DNA of 56,240 nucleotides from Nitrospirota bacterium. GTDB taxonomy: Bacteria; Nitrospirota; Thermodesulfovibrionia; UBA6902. Each line of letters starts with the position of its first letter. The first letter of the stretch is position 1. Below the pieces are notes generated by a model. The model worked only from the letters and a program-made list of their open reading frames with translations. It did not search any database and was not told the origin of the DNA. Shown one piece after another: positions 38,249-48,370 of this stretch. The position numbers and the translations under genes are program-made. Where the stretch lies: contig JACRQA010000085.1 of assembly GCA_016222915.1 (NCBI GenBank), positions 1 to 56,240 on the forward strand. Direction: 5' to 3'.

Positions 38249-39955
38249 ATGTTAAAGAACATGAAGATAGGAACGCGTCTGATGCTGGGATTCGGAATCG
38301 TACTGGCGCTGCTGCTCATAATAGCAGGATCCGGATACTGGGGAGTCAGCACGCTCCACGATAAAGCAATGACTATATTGGAGGGGGAGGCAAAGATCCA
38401 GGAGTATGCCGGCCGGGCGCGTGCTAATGCTCAGGGTATGCGCAAATACGAAAAGGATGTATTCCTGAATATGGGCTCATCCGAAAAGCAGGCGGAATAC
38501 ATGACTAAATGGAAAGACCAATATGAGAGGTTCAATGAAAGATTGGTAGCTCTCGAAAAAATTGCAGTTATGGATGATGATAAGCAGGATGTTAAAAATA
38601 TGAAGGAAAACGTCGCTGCTTATGCAAGCGGCTTTAACAAAGTATATGGAATGATACAGGCCGGAAAAATCAATGCAGGTGATGAGGCCAACGTCGCAAT
38701 GAAGGATGTAAAAGACGAGGTCCACAAGGTTGAAGCTATTTCAAAAGAAATGGCTGACAGGGGCTCCAAGGAAATGGAGGAGCAATTGCCGGCTATGGAG
38801 AGCTTTGAAGGCCGCATTGTTACTATCATGATGGTTTTTGCAGGGATAGCAATAGCAATGGGCATAGGTATCACGATTTTCATCGCCCGCAGCATTATCA
38901 ATCCATTAAACGTTGGCGTTAATGTTGCGAATAAATTAGCGGAGGGCGACCTGAAGGTTAATATTGAAGCAACCGGCAAGGACGAGACAGGCCAGTTGCT
39001 AGCAGCAATGAAGGGCATGGTTGAAAAGCTCCAGATGATCGTAACGGAGGTCAAATCTTCAGCGGACAATGTGGCTTCAGGCAGCCAGGAGTTGAACGCC
39101 AGCTCAGAGCAGATGTCGCAGGGCGCCACAGAGCAGGCAAGCTCGGTTGAAGAAGTGTCATCCTCCATGGAGCAGATGGTCTCCAACATCAGGCAGAACG
39201 CGGATAACGCGCAGCAGACAGAGAAGATCGCACTTAAGTCTGCCACTGATGCAAAGGAAAGCGGCAAATCCGTTACCGAGACAGTCTCCGCCATGAAGGA
39301 AATAGCAGGCAAGATATCGATAATCGAAGAGATTGCAAGACAGACGAATTTGCTGGCATTAAACGCCGCCATTGAAGCGGCACGCGCAGGAGAACACGGC
39401 AAGGGCTTTGCAGTAGTTGCATCAGAGGTCAGGAAACTTGCAGAAAGAAGCCAGGCCGCCGCAGGCGAGATCAGCCAGCTTTCATCATCCAGCGTAGAAG
39501 TGGCAGAGAAAGCGGGCGAGATGCTTGCCAAGCTTGTACCCGACATTCAGAAAACAGCAGAGCTTGTGCAGGAGATAAGTGTCGCCAGTAATGAGCAGAA
39601 TACCGGGGCTGAACAGATAAACAAGGCGATACAGCAGCTTGATCAGGTCATACAGCAGAATGCAGGGGCATCCGAAGAGATGGCTTCGACTTCGGAAGAA
39701 CTGTCGTCGCAGGCAGAACAACTGCAGAGCGCCATTGCATTCTTTAAAGTGGACGATAAAGGCACGGGCCTCAACAGGACACAGGCAGGAATGTCTGTTG
39801 CGCACAAGCCTGTAATCAAAGCAGCTATAGCTCACATGCAGAAGCCCATTGCCAAACCTGTCAAGGCAGCTGTTGCAGCGGGTCCTGCAGGGATTGCAAT
39901 AGACATGGGTAACGGCGGTCACGACAAACTGGATGATGAGTTTGAGAAGTTTTAA
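38249..39955 (+). CDS. Methyl-accepting chemotaxis protein (4HB-type sensor, HAMP) with C-terminal EFEKF pentapeptide
   Basis: Signalling hairpin [26 protein letters not shown]; terminal xFxxF CheR tether. Confidence 0.95.
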   Translation: MLKNMKIGTRLMLGFGIVLALLLIIAGSGYWGVSTLHDKAMTILEGEAKIQEYAGRARANAQGMRKYEKDVFLNMGSSEKQAEYMTKWKDQYERFNERLVALEKIAVMDDDKQDVKNMKENVAAYASGFNKVYGMIQAGKINAGDEANVAMKDVKDEVHKVEAISKEMADRGSKEMEEQLPAMESFEGRIVTIMMVFAGIAIAMGIGITIFIARSIINPLNVGVNVANKLAEGDLKVNIEATGKDETGQLLAAMKGMVEKLQMIVTEVKSSADNVASGSQELNASSEQMSQGATEQASSVEEVSSSMEQMVSNIRQNADNAQQTEKIALKSATDAKESGKSVTETVSAMKEIAGKISIIEEIARQTNLLALNAAIEAARAGEHGKGFAVVASEVRKLAERSQAAAGEISQLSSSSVEVAEKAGEMLAKLVPDIQKTAELVQEISVASNEQNTGAEQINKAIQQLDQVIQQNAGASEEMASTSEELSSQAEQLQSAIAFFKVDDKGTGLNRTQAGMSVAHKPVIKAAIAHMQKPIAKPVKAAVAAGPAGIAIDMGNGGHDKLDDEFEKF

Positions 39956-39969
39956 AAAAGCGATCAGCA

Positions 39970-39997
39970 GTAGGGGCATGGCGCGCCATGCCCCTAC
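39970..39997. repeat. REP-like palindrome
   Basis: GTAGGGGCATGGCGCGCCATGCCCCTAC, a perfect palindrome. Confidence 0.85.
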
Positions 39998-40019
39998 ATA
40001 AAAAAGAAAGGAGAGAACA

Positions 40020-40532
40020 ATGAGCATAGCTGAAATTATAGAGACAACGCAGTGCCTGACCTTTAAGCTTGAGGACGAGGTATTTGCTCTTGATATAGCA
40101 AAGGTGCGGGAAGTTCTTGAGTTCACGACTGTCACAAAGGTGCCGAGGACGCCTGACTTCATGTGCGGGGTCATAAACCTCAGGGGCGGGGTCGTGCCGG
40201 TAGTCAACATGCGTCTCAAGTTCGGGATGAAGGACGCAGAGAAGACGGTAAACACCTGCATCATTATAGTGGAGGTGACGATAGACGGAGAGACAACCGT
40301 ACTTGGGGCGCTTGCCGATTCCGTGCAGGAGGTCATGGACCTTGAACCCGACCAGATAGAGCCTGCTCCCAAGATAGGCACAAGGTTAAATACGGATTTC
40401 ATCAAAGGCATGGGAAAGCACGACAATAAGTTCATCATGATACTGGATATCGATAAAGTGTTTTCCGCAGACGAACTGGCGCTGGTGCAGGGCACTGGAG
40501 GCAGCCGAACAACATTAGATAATGAAATATGA
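40020..40532 (+). CDS. cheW: CheW
   Basis: LTFKL, VREV, GVINLRG, GALADSVQEV. Confidence 0.95.
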   Translation: MSIAEIIETTQCLTFKLEDEVFALDIAKVREVLEFTTVTKVPRTPDFMCGVINLRGGVVPVVNMRLKFGMKDAEKTVNTCIIIVEVTIDGETTVLGALADSVQEVMDLEPDQIEPAPKIGTRLNTDFIKGMGKHDNKFIMILDIDKVFSADELALVQGTGGSRTTLDNEI

Positions 40533-41407
40533 CAACTGCTATTCATGACAGCATTCAAGCAACAGCATTTAAGGCGTCCCTTTCCGAAAAAGATTTCCGC
40601 CGCTTAAGCGAGTTTATTCATAAAGAGTGCGGCATCAAAATGCCGGAGGTCAAGAAAGTGCTCCTTGAGGCCAGGCTCAGGAAGAGGCTCCGCGCCCTGG
40701 GAATGCATTCATATACTGAATACTGTGACTATCTGTTCAGCCCTGAAGGCACCCGAGATGAGCTCATACACATGATCGACGTGGTCACGACCAACAAGAC
40801 CGATTTCTTCCGCGAGGCGGGGCACTTCGATTATCTGGTGCAAACAGCCTTACCCGAACTGATCAGGCTTTATGGGGCAAATATCAGGAGGACGTATACC
40901 CTCTGGAGCGCAGGCTGTTCCACCGGGGAAGAGCCTCATACCCTTGCAATGGTATTAAGTGAGTTTGCGCAGCGGCAGCACGGATTTTATTTTTCAATCC
41001 TTGCAACGGATATTTCTACAAAAGTGCTTGAGCATGCCAGACGCGGCATCTACAAGGAAGAAGTCACAGAGCCTGTGCCTATGGCGATGAAAATGAAATA
41101 TTTATTGAAAGGCAAAGACAATAATAAAGGACTGGTCAGGGTCGGCCCCCAGCTCAGGTCTCTGATAACATTCAGGAGGCTTAATTTCATGGCAGGCGAC
41201 TTCGGCATGAGCGGACCGGTGGACATAATATTCTGCAGAAACGTCATTATCTATTTCGACAGGCCTACTCAGGAAAAACTGCTGAACAGGTTTGCCCGTC
41301 ATTTAATCCCGGGGGGATACCTCTTTATGGGACACTCGGAGACATTGAATGGTCTGGCTGTCCCACTGGTATGCGCCGGCCCGATGGTCTACAGGAAACC
41401 ATTATGA
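40529..41407 (+). CDS. cheR: CheR methyltransferase
   Basis: TTNKTDFFRE, WSAGCSTGEE, ATDIS, IFCRNVIIYF, GHSE. Confidence 0.96.
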   Translation: MTTAIHDSIQATAFKASLSEKDFRRLSEFIHKECGIKMPEVKKVLLEARLRKRLRALGMHSYTEYCDYLFSPEGTRDELIHMIDVVTTNKTDFFREAGHFDYLVQTALPELIRLYGANIRRTYTLWSAGCSTGEEPHTLAMVLSEFAQRQHGFYFSILATDISTKVLEHARRGIYKEEVTEPVPMAMKMKYLLKGKDNNKGLVRVGPQLRSLITFRRLNFMAGDFGMSGPVDIIFCRNVIIYFDRPTQEKLLNRFARHLIPGGYLFMGHSETLNGLAVPLVCAGPMVYRKPL

Positions 41408-41408
41408 C

Positions 41409-41618
41409 ATGTTCAATGCAAAGGGCGATAGTTCAAATAGCATGGCCATAGGAAAACAGAATATTGAGACAGTGTTAAAGATTATTAAGACAGAGCGGCT
41501 CAGCCTGGTCGCCTCTGATGTCGGCGGGACAGATGGCCGCAAGATTATTTTCAACACTAATACCGGTGAGGTCCTCTTGAAACGGCTTAAAAAGACGGTG
41601 CAGCCATTAAATGAATAA
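41409..41618 (+). pseudogene. cheD: cheD 3' fragment (N-terminal catalytic part missing)
   Basis: MF...IGKQNI...ASDVGGTDGRKIIFNTNTGEV matches the CheD C-terminal part; no GSC or HxMLP motif; lies between cheR and cheB. Confidence 0.8.
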
Positions 41619-42678
41619 GAAAATTAAAGTCCTGATCGTTGATGATTCCGCCGTAGTCAGGCAGACGATGGAAGAGATAATCTCTTCTGATCCGGCTCTT
41701 GAAGTATTGGCTACTGCCGGTGATCCGTTTATTGCAGCAGACAAGATCAGGGAAAAGGTGCCCGACGTTATCACCCTGGATGTGGAAATGCCCCGGATGG
41801 ACGGTGTTACATTCCTTCATAAAATTATGAGCCAGCACCCGATACCTGTAGTGATCTGCTCCAGCCTGACCGGCGATGGCGCAGAAACCACACTTAAGGC
41901 GCTGGAATACGGGGCAGTGGAAATTATAACTAAGCCGCGCCTGGGAACAAAGCAGTTCCTTGAGGAATCCAGGGTGAGAATATGCGACGCGATAAAGGCC
42001 GCTGCATTGACGCATGTAAAACGTATTTCTTTAGCCGGCCGTAAGGTAGAGCCGAAACTGACCGCGGATGCGGTCATTGCAAAGCCGACTTCAAAGGCGA
42101 TGGTCCGGACAACGGAGAAGGTCGTAGTTGTCGGGGCATCAACCGGCGGGACAGAGGCGCTGAGGACATTTCTTGAGACCCTGCCTCCGGACGCTCCGGG
42201 GATCGTAATAGTGCAGCACATGCCTGAAAACTTCACAAAGGCCTTCGCAAACAGGCTGAACGGTTTGTGCAAGATAACGGTCAAAGAGGCATCGGACAAT
42301 GATACGGTGATCAGGGGCCAGGCGCTGATAGCTCCGGGCAACCGGCACACGCTGCTTAAACGGAGCGGATCGAGATACTACGTCGAGATCAAAGACGGCC
42401 CGTTGGTAAGCCGTCATCGTCCTTCCGTAGATGTATTGTTCCGTTCGGCAGCGCGTTACGCTGGTAAAAACGCAGTCGGCGTCATCATGACCGGGATGGG
42501 AGATGACGGGGCGAGGGGCATGCTTGAAATGAAAGAGGCAGGAGCTTCAAATATCGCGCAGGATGAAGCGACCTCCGTCGTTTTTGGTATGCCGAACGAA
42601 GCAATCAAGAAAGGTTGCGTAGACAAAATTCTACCTCTGGATAGGATTGCTGATGAAGTCATCAGAGAGTGTCGATAA
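41611..42678 (+). CDS. cheB: CheB methylesterase
   Basis: REC plus [27 protein letters not shown]. Confidence 0.97.
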   Translation: MNKKIKVLIVDDSAVVRQTMEEIISSDPALEVLATAGDPFIAADKIREKVPDVITLDVEMPRMDGVTFLHKIMSQHPIPVVICSSLTGDGAETTLKALEYGAVEIITKPRLGTKQFLEESRVRICDAIKAAALTHVKRISLAGRKVEPKLTADAVIAKPTSKAMVRTTEKVVVVGASTGGTEALRTFLETLPPDAPGIVIVQHMPENFTKAFANRLNGLCKITVKEASDNDTVIRGQALIAPGNRHTLLKRSGSRYYVEIKDGPLVSRHRPSVDVLFRSAARYAGKNAVGVIMTGMGDDGARGMLEMKEAGASNIAQDEATSVVFGMPNEAIKKGCVDKILPLDRIADEVIRECR

Positions 42679-42845
42679 TTTTATTAAAATACAAAGGTAC
42701 TCACAAGTACGATTTCTCAGCTTGCCCGGAAAAAATAGTCCATATTTAAATCGGAATATGATATTATAATGTCATTCCGTCTTACACTCCTGGCATTAAA
42801 TGTCTAATTGCATTACACTGGCTCTATTGGGGGGACAAGGCAGCG

Positions 42846-43874
42846 GTGATTAATAAAAGACCAAATATACTTGTTATTGATGACGCTTTTTGCGTTAGAC
42901 AATCATTACAATTTATTCTCAGGGACAAATATAACGTTTTATTAGCTCCGGGCGCACTGGAAGGTCAGTTTCATCTCTCTTCTCACCATATCGATATTGT
43001 TCTACTGGATATAAGATTACGGGGAACAGACGGACTGAAATTACTTGCCGACATCAAGCAGCGGTTCCCGTACATCGAGATCATCATGGTTACAGCCTTT
43101 GCAAGCCTGGAAACCATAAGAAAGGCCATCCGCTTCGGGGCCTGCGATTATCTCATCAAGCCATTCGATAAAAATGAACTGATCTCGGTAGTACACAATG
43201 CTTTAATGCAAAGAGAAAATAAATTAGGGATAAAGAATGAACTTGATATGCTCAAAGAATCGACACTATACCTGGAGCACCTTATAAGAAACGCGAAAGA
43301 CACCTTAATGAACAGCAGCGAAAATAATCTGACTGCCATGCTTCTGAATATTGACTCAAAAGACGGCTACACTTGGTCGCATGTAAAACGGGTGACAAAA
43401 TTATCGTTGTTGATCGCAGAAAAAATGCGGGTGTCCGATGAACAAAAGCAGTGGTTGAAATGTTCAGCCTCGCTCCATGACATAGGAAAATTAAATATAG
43501 ATACGACTATCCTCAGGAAAGAAAGCAAATTATCAGACAAAGAATATGAGGTCATGAAAAAGCATCCTGAGGAAGGAGTAAAAATCATCCACCCCCTCCC
43601 CTTTCTTAAAAATGCCGTCCCCGCAATAAAGCACCACCATGAACGGTACGATGGAGAAGGATACCCCTCCGGCCTTAAGGGCAAAGAGATACCGTATATG
43701 GCAAGGATACTGTCTGTTGCCGATGCAGTGGACTCAATGATGAATTCACCTGTCCGGCAAAGCCCTTGTGAGGTCGGGAGGGTTGAAAGAGAGCTTCTGT
43801 CAAACGCCGGCCTGCAGTTTGATCCTGAGATAGTTGATATCGTGATCAGGGGGAGGTTACTGTCTTTTGTTTAA
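42846..43874 (+). CDS. Response regulator with an HD-GYP domain
   Basis: REC (DD, LDIRL, TA, KP) plus HDIGK, HP..G, HHERYDGEGYP. Confidence 0.9.
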   Translation: MINKRPNILVIDDAFCVRQSLQFILRDKYNVLLAPGALEGQFHLSSHHIDIVLLDIRLRGTDGLKLLADIKQRFPYIEIIMVTAFASLETIRKAIRFGACDYLIKPFDKNELISVVHNALMQRENKLGIKNELDMLKESTLYLEHLIRNAKDTLMNSSENNLTAMLLNIDSKDGYTWSHVKRVTKLSLLIAEKMRVSDEQKQWLKCSASLHDIGKLNIDTTILRKESKLSDKEYEVMKKHPEEGVKIIHPLPFLKNAVPAIKHHHERYDGEGYPSGLKGKEIPYMARILSVADAVDSMMNSPVRQSPCEVGRVERELLSNAGLQFDPEIVDIVIRGRLLSFV

Positions 43875-44297
43875 CTTGCCGAGTTCTTCCGCACAGTCGA
43901 TTTCTGCACAATTGCACAGGGCCTCAAATATATTTATCAGTGATGCAACCACGGCAGGCCTGCTGCGATGTAATTTCCTGAAAAGGGAAAGGAATGCCTC
44001 CTCTTCACTGGTCAGCTGTATTCCGTGATGGTCTCCAATGAGATGGACAAAATCCGCATACCCGTATTCTTGCAGGACGTCTTTAATCTCGTTCGGCGTG
44101 AAGCCAAGGGCCTCCGCAATTTTTATGAAGATCGGCTCTACAACTTTTTTCTGATGGAGGATAAGCTGCCTGCATGTCTCACGCGACACCACCTGGTTTA
44201 CAGAAGAATTATTGTAGAATTGTTCAACCGTCTCCCATCCCTGCTGATTCATTTTCCTTGTGAGCGTATTGTCCGGGTACATTATTTTTTTCTTCAT
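43857..44297 (-). CDS. Hypothetical protein, possibly a degenerate HTH regulator
   Basis: 146 aa; VSRETCRQLI...IKIAEALG resembles an XRE-type HTH; upstream TTGCCA-N18-TATTAT. Confidence 0.55.
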   Translation of the reverse strand: MKKKIMYPDNTLTRKMNQQGWETVEQFYNNSSVNQVVSRETCRQLILHQKKVVEPIFIKIAEALGFTPNEIKDVLQEYGYADFVHLIGDHHGIQLTSEEEAFLSLFRKLHRSRPAVVASLINIFEALCNCAEIDCAEELGKLNKRQ

Positions 44298-44361
44298 GAC
44301 TCATATAATAGCACTTTTATGGGAAGCTTGGCAAACAACTTGGTAATTAATAGCAACCCAC

Positions 44362-44390
44362 TTGACAAGCCATGAATAATTGTTTAAAAT
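44362..44390 (+). promoter_or_regulatory. Sigma70 promoter
   Basis: TTGACA-N17-TAAAAT. Confidence 0.75.
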
Positions 44391-44434
44391 AAATCGGGTT
44401 CTAAATATATCTCTCATCAAGACGAGGTTTATCG

Positions 44435-44674
44435 ATGTTTTCAGAGAATGAAATAGCTATGCAGTGCAGTCAGTGCAAGGGACATTGTGATGAGCTAAAA
44501 AAATGTCCGCTGAAAATCGAATGGACGGCTGTGAGGGAAAGCAGGATGTTCCCTTTTATGCCCAGCGGATGGAAATTATCAGACACAGGTAATTGCACAT
44601 ACCTGCCTGAAAGTGACAACTATACGACCGAGGAGCTTATCAAAGGACTTAGCAAGCTGAGCGGCCACTTGTAG
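44435..44674 (+). CDS. Small Cys-rich hypothetical protein
   Basis: RBS GAGG; CSQC..HC...CP...C; downstream of a strong promoter. Confidence 0.6.
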   Translation: MFSENEIAMQCSQCKGHCDELKKCPLKIEWTAVRESRMFPFMPSGWKLSDTGNCTYLPESDNYTTEELIKGLSKLSGHL

Positions 44675-44794
44675 TTAATACTTGAGGACCATGATAGAAC
44701 AGTCAGCGACTCAATTCATGCCGATATGGAGACGCTGGGTTCAGGGGACATGGTTGAAGTGAAGAAGTCATAATCGCTTCTTCCCTGATCATAA

Positions 44795-44831
44795 CGTCAT
44801 TCCGGCTTGTTTTATCCAAGCCGGGATGACG
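44795..44831. repeat. CGTCAT...ATGACG palindromic element
   Basis: CGTCATTCCGGCTTG-ttttatc-CAAGCCGGGATGACG; same terminal motif as 35597..35673. Confidence 0.7.
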
Positions 44832-44883
44832 ACTGATCATATTATCCGAATCATTGCACTATATAAAACATACGGGGGACAAC

Positions 44884-45108
44884 ATGAACAAAGAACTTGA
44901 TTCAACACCGAATTTATCAAAGAGAGAAATAGAAGTGCTTACATGGTCAAAAAGAGGAAAAAGCTCCTGGGAAATATCAGCCATACTTAATATAAGCGAG
45001 AGAACAGTAAATTTTCATGTAAACAATGTCATGCAGAAACTCAATACTGTAAGCAGGACCCAGGCTGTTGCAGTTGCGATCGAAAGGGGGCTTATCAATA
45101 CGGATTGA
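44884..45108 (+). CDS. Stand-alone LuxR HTH protein (AHL-LuxR-type C-terminal domain only)
   Basis: LSKREIEVLTWSKRGKSSWEISAILNISERTVNFHVNNVMQKL; no sensor domain; RBS GGGGAC. Confidence 0.88.
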   Translation: MNKELDSTPNLSKREIEVLTWSKRGKSSWEISAILNISERTVNFHVNNVMQKLNTVSRTQAVAVAIERGLINTD

Positions 45109-45222
45109 TTATCCTCTGCCGCGTTAGCTATGGGTTACAACCATAGGTTGTACATGGTTTGGTTTGGCAGGCCCGCCAAGCTGTCTCTTGTTACCCTGAG
45201 CTTGTCGATGGGTCTGCTGACG

Positions 45223-47223
45223 TCATTCGGAGTGCTTGTCCAACATTTCTCTTATCCTTCCGAGAATCTCATCCGGAACCAGGGGCTTAAACAACAGTTC
45301 CGTCCCCTCTTCCGGCAGCAGCGGTTTATCAGATATCCCCTCCCGCTTTTCCGTATCCTCAGCGGCATAGCCACTCATAAAAAGGACTTTGGTCCCGGGG
45401 GCCATTCTGCTGATTTCTTTATATACGACTTTGCCGTTCTTTTTGGGCATTTTTACGTCTAATAAAAGTAAGTCGATGCGGTCCTTATTTTGAATAAATT
45501 TCTCCACTGCTTCATCACCGTCTCCGGCCGCAATGACGGTGTAACCGGCAAGTGTAAGAATATCGGTAATAAGCGTTCTCACATCACTGTCGTCTTCGGC
45601 CAGGAGGATTGTTTCCGTCCCACCCTTCACTTCATGCATGCCTTCAGTTCTTTCTTCCTCAGGCGCCGACTCGTCCAGGGGCAGGAGTATGTCAAATGCC
45701 GTTCCCTTGCCCGGCTCGCTCCTGACATCTATATATCCCTTATGCTGATTTATAATTCCGTATACAATGGACATCCCGAGTCCCGTCCCTTTCCCGACGT
45801 CTTTAGTAGTAAAGAAGGGATCAAATATCCTCTCTTTTGTCTGCAGGTCCATACCGGTGCCTGTATCTGAGATGGACAATAGTGCATACCTGCCGGGGGT
45901 GCGCGCATCGACTGCTCCGGAATACCGGGCATTCACATCAATTGTCCCCGTAGATATCACGAGTCGCCCTCCTTCAGGCATTGCATCTCTGGCATTTGTG
46001 ACAAGATTGATCAGAACATGTTCCATCTGGAGTTTATCGGCGAGCACGATTAAATCCTCTTTTGTGGTATCAACTTCAAGTTCTATGCTTTCATCGATAA
46101 TCCTTCTCAGCATGTCTTCAATGTCCGCAATGAGAAGATTAAGGTTTACCGGATGGGGATTTATGGTCTGTTTCCTGCTGAAGGTCAGAAGCCCCCTTGT
46201 CAGGGCCGATGCCTTATGGGTAGATGACAATATCTGGTCCAGAAAACGCCTTTCATCCTCTTTCTTCAGGCCTGTCTTCTGAAGCATTTGTCCATAGCTC
46301 TTTATTACCGTCAGTATGTTATTGAAGTCATGGGCGATACCTCCTGCTAACGTCCCCACTGCCTCCATCTTCTGTGAATGCCTGAGTTGTTCTTCAAGCT
46401 GCTGTTTTTCCTCTTCTCTCTGTTTAAGTGTATCGGCCATATCATTGAAGGCGGACGCGAGCTTGCCGATTTCATCATTGGTCTCAAGCGGCACCTTTTC
46501 AAACGCCCCTGTCGCTTCAAGGGACTTTACCCCTGTCATAAGCTTTTTGAGCGGGCTTATTATTCCCCTGATGATAAAATATGAAATTATCCAGCCGGCT
46601 ATCAGGAATAGCACTGGGACAATGATACTCTGCTTCACAACTTCCCTCATCATTTTCTGCATTTCTTCCTTGGTCAGGACAATCCGCACATACCCGATGA
46701 TGTCCCCCCCGGTACCGGGCCCTTGATCATAAAAGAGGGACTCTTCCGTATACTTGTCACCGGAAACAACCGGTGCCCAGAAATCAATATTTTCACTTTG
46801 TTCAATACTAATAATGGACCCTGAGCCTTTCACTTCCGTCATCGCCTTCATACGCACGTCCGGATGTTCATTTATCAAGTCAATAAGATGCTCCCTTCCA
46901 GGCTTTGCCAGGGCCTGAAGAAGTTTACCGTCAGGTGCATAGACCTGTACATAAATTGTCTCTTTATACTGAAGGATGCTCTCAATCGGGCCTTTCAGTA
47001 GTTCCTTATTCTCGGCAAATACGCCAAGTCTTAAACTGTGAGCTGTAAGGCCGGCAAGCTGCCTGCCTTCGTACAGTAAATGCTCTTTCAGCACCCGGTT
47101 TTGATAATAGACAATAAAGAAGGAAAATGACACATACATGACCATAATGAAAAGGGTGGTGATAAGCAGTATCTTTGCACCTAAGCTCTCGCGTTTTGCT
47201 TTCAGAAAGTCCGTTAATCGCAT
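45223..47223 (-). CDS. Hybrid sensor histidine kinase (periplasmic domain, HAMP, HisKA, HATPase, REC)
   Basis: QKMEAVGTLAGGIAHDFNNIL, NARDAM, GKGTGLG, C-terminal REC. Confidence 0.95.
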   Translation of the reverse strand: MRLTDFLKAKRESLGAKILLITTLFIMVMYVSFSFFIVYYQNRVLKEHLLYEGRQLAGLTAHSLRLGVFAENKELLKGPIESILQYKETIYVQVYAPDGKLLQALAKPGREHLIDLINEHPDVRMKAMTEVKGSGSIISIEQSENIDFWAPVVSGDKYTEESLFYDQGPGTGGDIIGYVRIVLTKEEMQKMMREVVKQSIIVPVLFLIAGWIISYFIIRGIISPLKKLMTGVKSLEATGAFEKVPLETNDEIGKLASAFNDMADTLKQREEEKQQLEEQLRHSQKMEAVGTLAGGIAHDFNNILTVIKSYGQMLQKTGLKKEDERRFLDQILSSTHKASALTRGLLTFSRKQTINPHPVNLNLLIADIEDMLRRIIDESIELEVDTTKEDLIVLADKLQMEHVLINLVTNARDAMPEGGRLVISTGTIDVNARYSGAVDARTPGRYALLSISDTGTGMDLQTKERIFDPFFTTKDVGKGTGLGMSIVYGIINQHKGYIDVRSEPGKGTAFDILLPLDESAPEEERTEGMHEVKGGTETILLAEDDSDVRTLITDILTLAGYTVIAAGDGDEAVEKFIQNKDRIDLLLLDVKMPKKNGKVVYKEISRMAPGTKVLFMSGYAAEDTEKREGISDKPLLPEEGTELLFKPLVPDEILGRIREMLDKHSE

Positions 47224-47226
47224 ATG

Positions 47227-48141
47227 TTAATCTCTGTTAATTACCCTTGCCTTGTTTAGTATTTCATTACTGATCGTAAGCCCTAATTTCTTGGCTGTCC
47301 TGTCATTGATCGTTATATTTATCTTTCTCGCGTTGGTATCAGGAATTTGGTTTACATCCGCGCCGGAGAGAATCCTGGAGATAATTTCAGCCGCCTGCAC
47401 CCCCATGTCATTAGGGTCCACTTCAAAAGACATAAGTGCGCCCATCTCAAGAAACTTGCTGGAAAAAGTGATTACCGGCAGCTTGTTTTTCAGAGTGTAA
47501 AGAAAAAGGATCTCAACGGTTTCAGGCGTGATGACACTTACATCCGGCAGCATCCAGAAGGCCTTTATCTTCCCTGTCATCAGATTCAACTGATCAGAGA
47601 CCTTCCTTGGATTTCCGACTGCATTCGCTGTCAGCCCGATACCCGCTGATGCCGCGGCGGCCTTTGCCTTTTCAATAAAACCGCCCTGCTGCACTGGATT
47701 GTAAAGGAGCCCGATATCACCGACTTCAGGAAGGGCCTGCCGGACAATATCCAGTTGCATGTCCGGGGGGATATCCATATTGACCCCCGTCATATTAGAT
47801 TTACCGGTAATATCGGATTGAGTGTCGGGGACCATCAAATAAACAATCGGTATGTTCTTAATTGCCTTGATTTTTTCAACCGCCCCGCTGCCGATGGCGA
47901 CAATTACCTGAGGTCTTTCTCTTTGCAATTCTTTTACAACATCGTATCTCTGCATTTCGGAAAGGAGAAATTGCTTCAGGTCACAGTTGCAGGCACCTTT
48001 CAGCCCTTTGAAGGCTTCATTATACGGCATGATACTAATGCTCTGGACAGAAATGACACTGGCGGAGTACACAGGAGTGGGGGCAAGGCAAGACAACACG
48101 ATAAAAAAAGCATAGCATAAATACCCTAATCCGGATTTCAT
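47227..48141 (-). CDS. ABC-type substrate-binding protein without a cognate permease, coupled to the kinase
   Basis: Signal peptide; IVAIG, PIVY, IGLLYNP, WMLPD, GAL, IN..TAKKLGL; 3 nt from the kinase start. Confidence 0.88.
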   Translation of the reverse strand: MKSGLGYLCYAFFIVLSCLAPTPVYSASVISVQSISIMPYNEAFKGLKGACNCDLKQFLLSEMQRYDVVKELQRERPQVIVAIGSGAVEKIKAIKNIPIVYLMVPDTQSDITGKSNMTGVNMDIPPDMQLDIVRQALPEVGDIGLLYNPVQQGGFIEKAKAAAASAGIGLTANAVGNPRKVSDQLNLMTGKIKAFWMLPDVSVITPETVEILFLYTLKNKLPVITFSSKFLEMGALMSFEVDPNDMGVQAAEIISRILSGADVNQIPDTNARKINITINDRTAKKLGLTISNEILNKARVINRD

Positions 48142-48266
48142 TCTTCTCTTGTGGTACAGTCCGTCCCCTTGATTAAAATATCGGGAGACCGTCTATTCTA
48201 ACATTTTGACGATATGCTGACAGGCAAGTGTCCCCGATCAATAACCCTTGGAATTTTATAATTAAA

Positions 48267-48295
48267 TTGCAATTTATACACTTGTCAATTATAAT
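48267..48295 (+). promoter_or_regulatory. Sigma70 promoter for the TonB receptor-peptide-radical SAM operon, overlapping a divergent TTGACA
   Basis: TTGCAA-N17-TATAAT on plus; TTGACA on minus at 48288-48283. Confidence 0.7.
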
Positions 48296-48331
48296 TGTAC
48301 ATTCATTTTAAATAATGCAGCGCTATAAAAC

Positions 48332-48351
48332 ACCTGTAAGAACTTATAGCT
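48332..48351. promoter_or_regulatory. lux-box-like 20-bp palindrome
   Basis: ACCTGTAAGAACTTATAGCT; 15/20 identical to the canonical lux box ACCTGTAGGATCGTACAGGT. Confidence 0.75.
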
Positions 48352-48370
48352 ACAAAAGGAGAATAACTTA

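Noticed and set aside
38620-40558. Long antisense ORFs (e.g. 9498..10376 +, 34284..34991 -, 38620..39546 -, 39485..40558 -)
   Set aside because: Shadow frames opposite well-supported genes, with no recognisable motifs.
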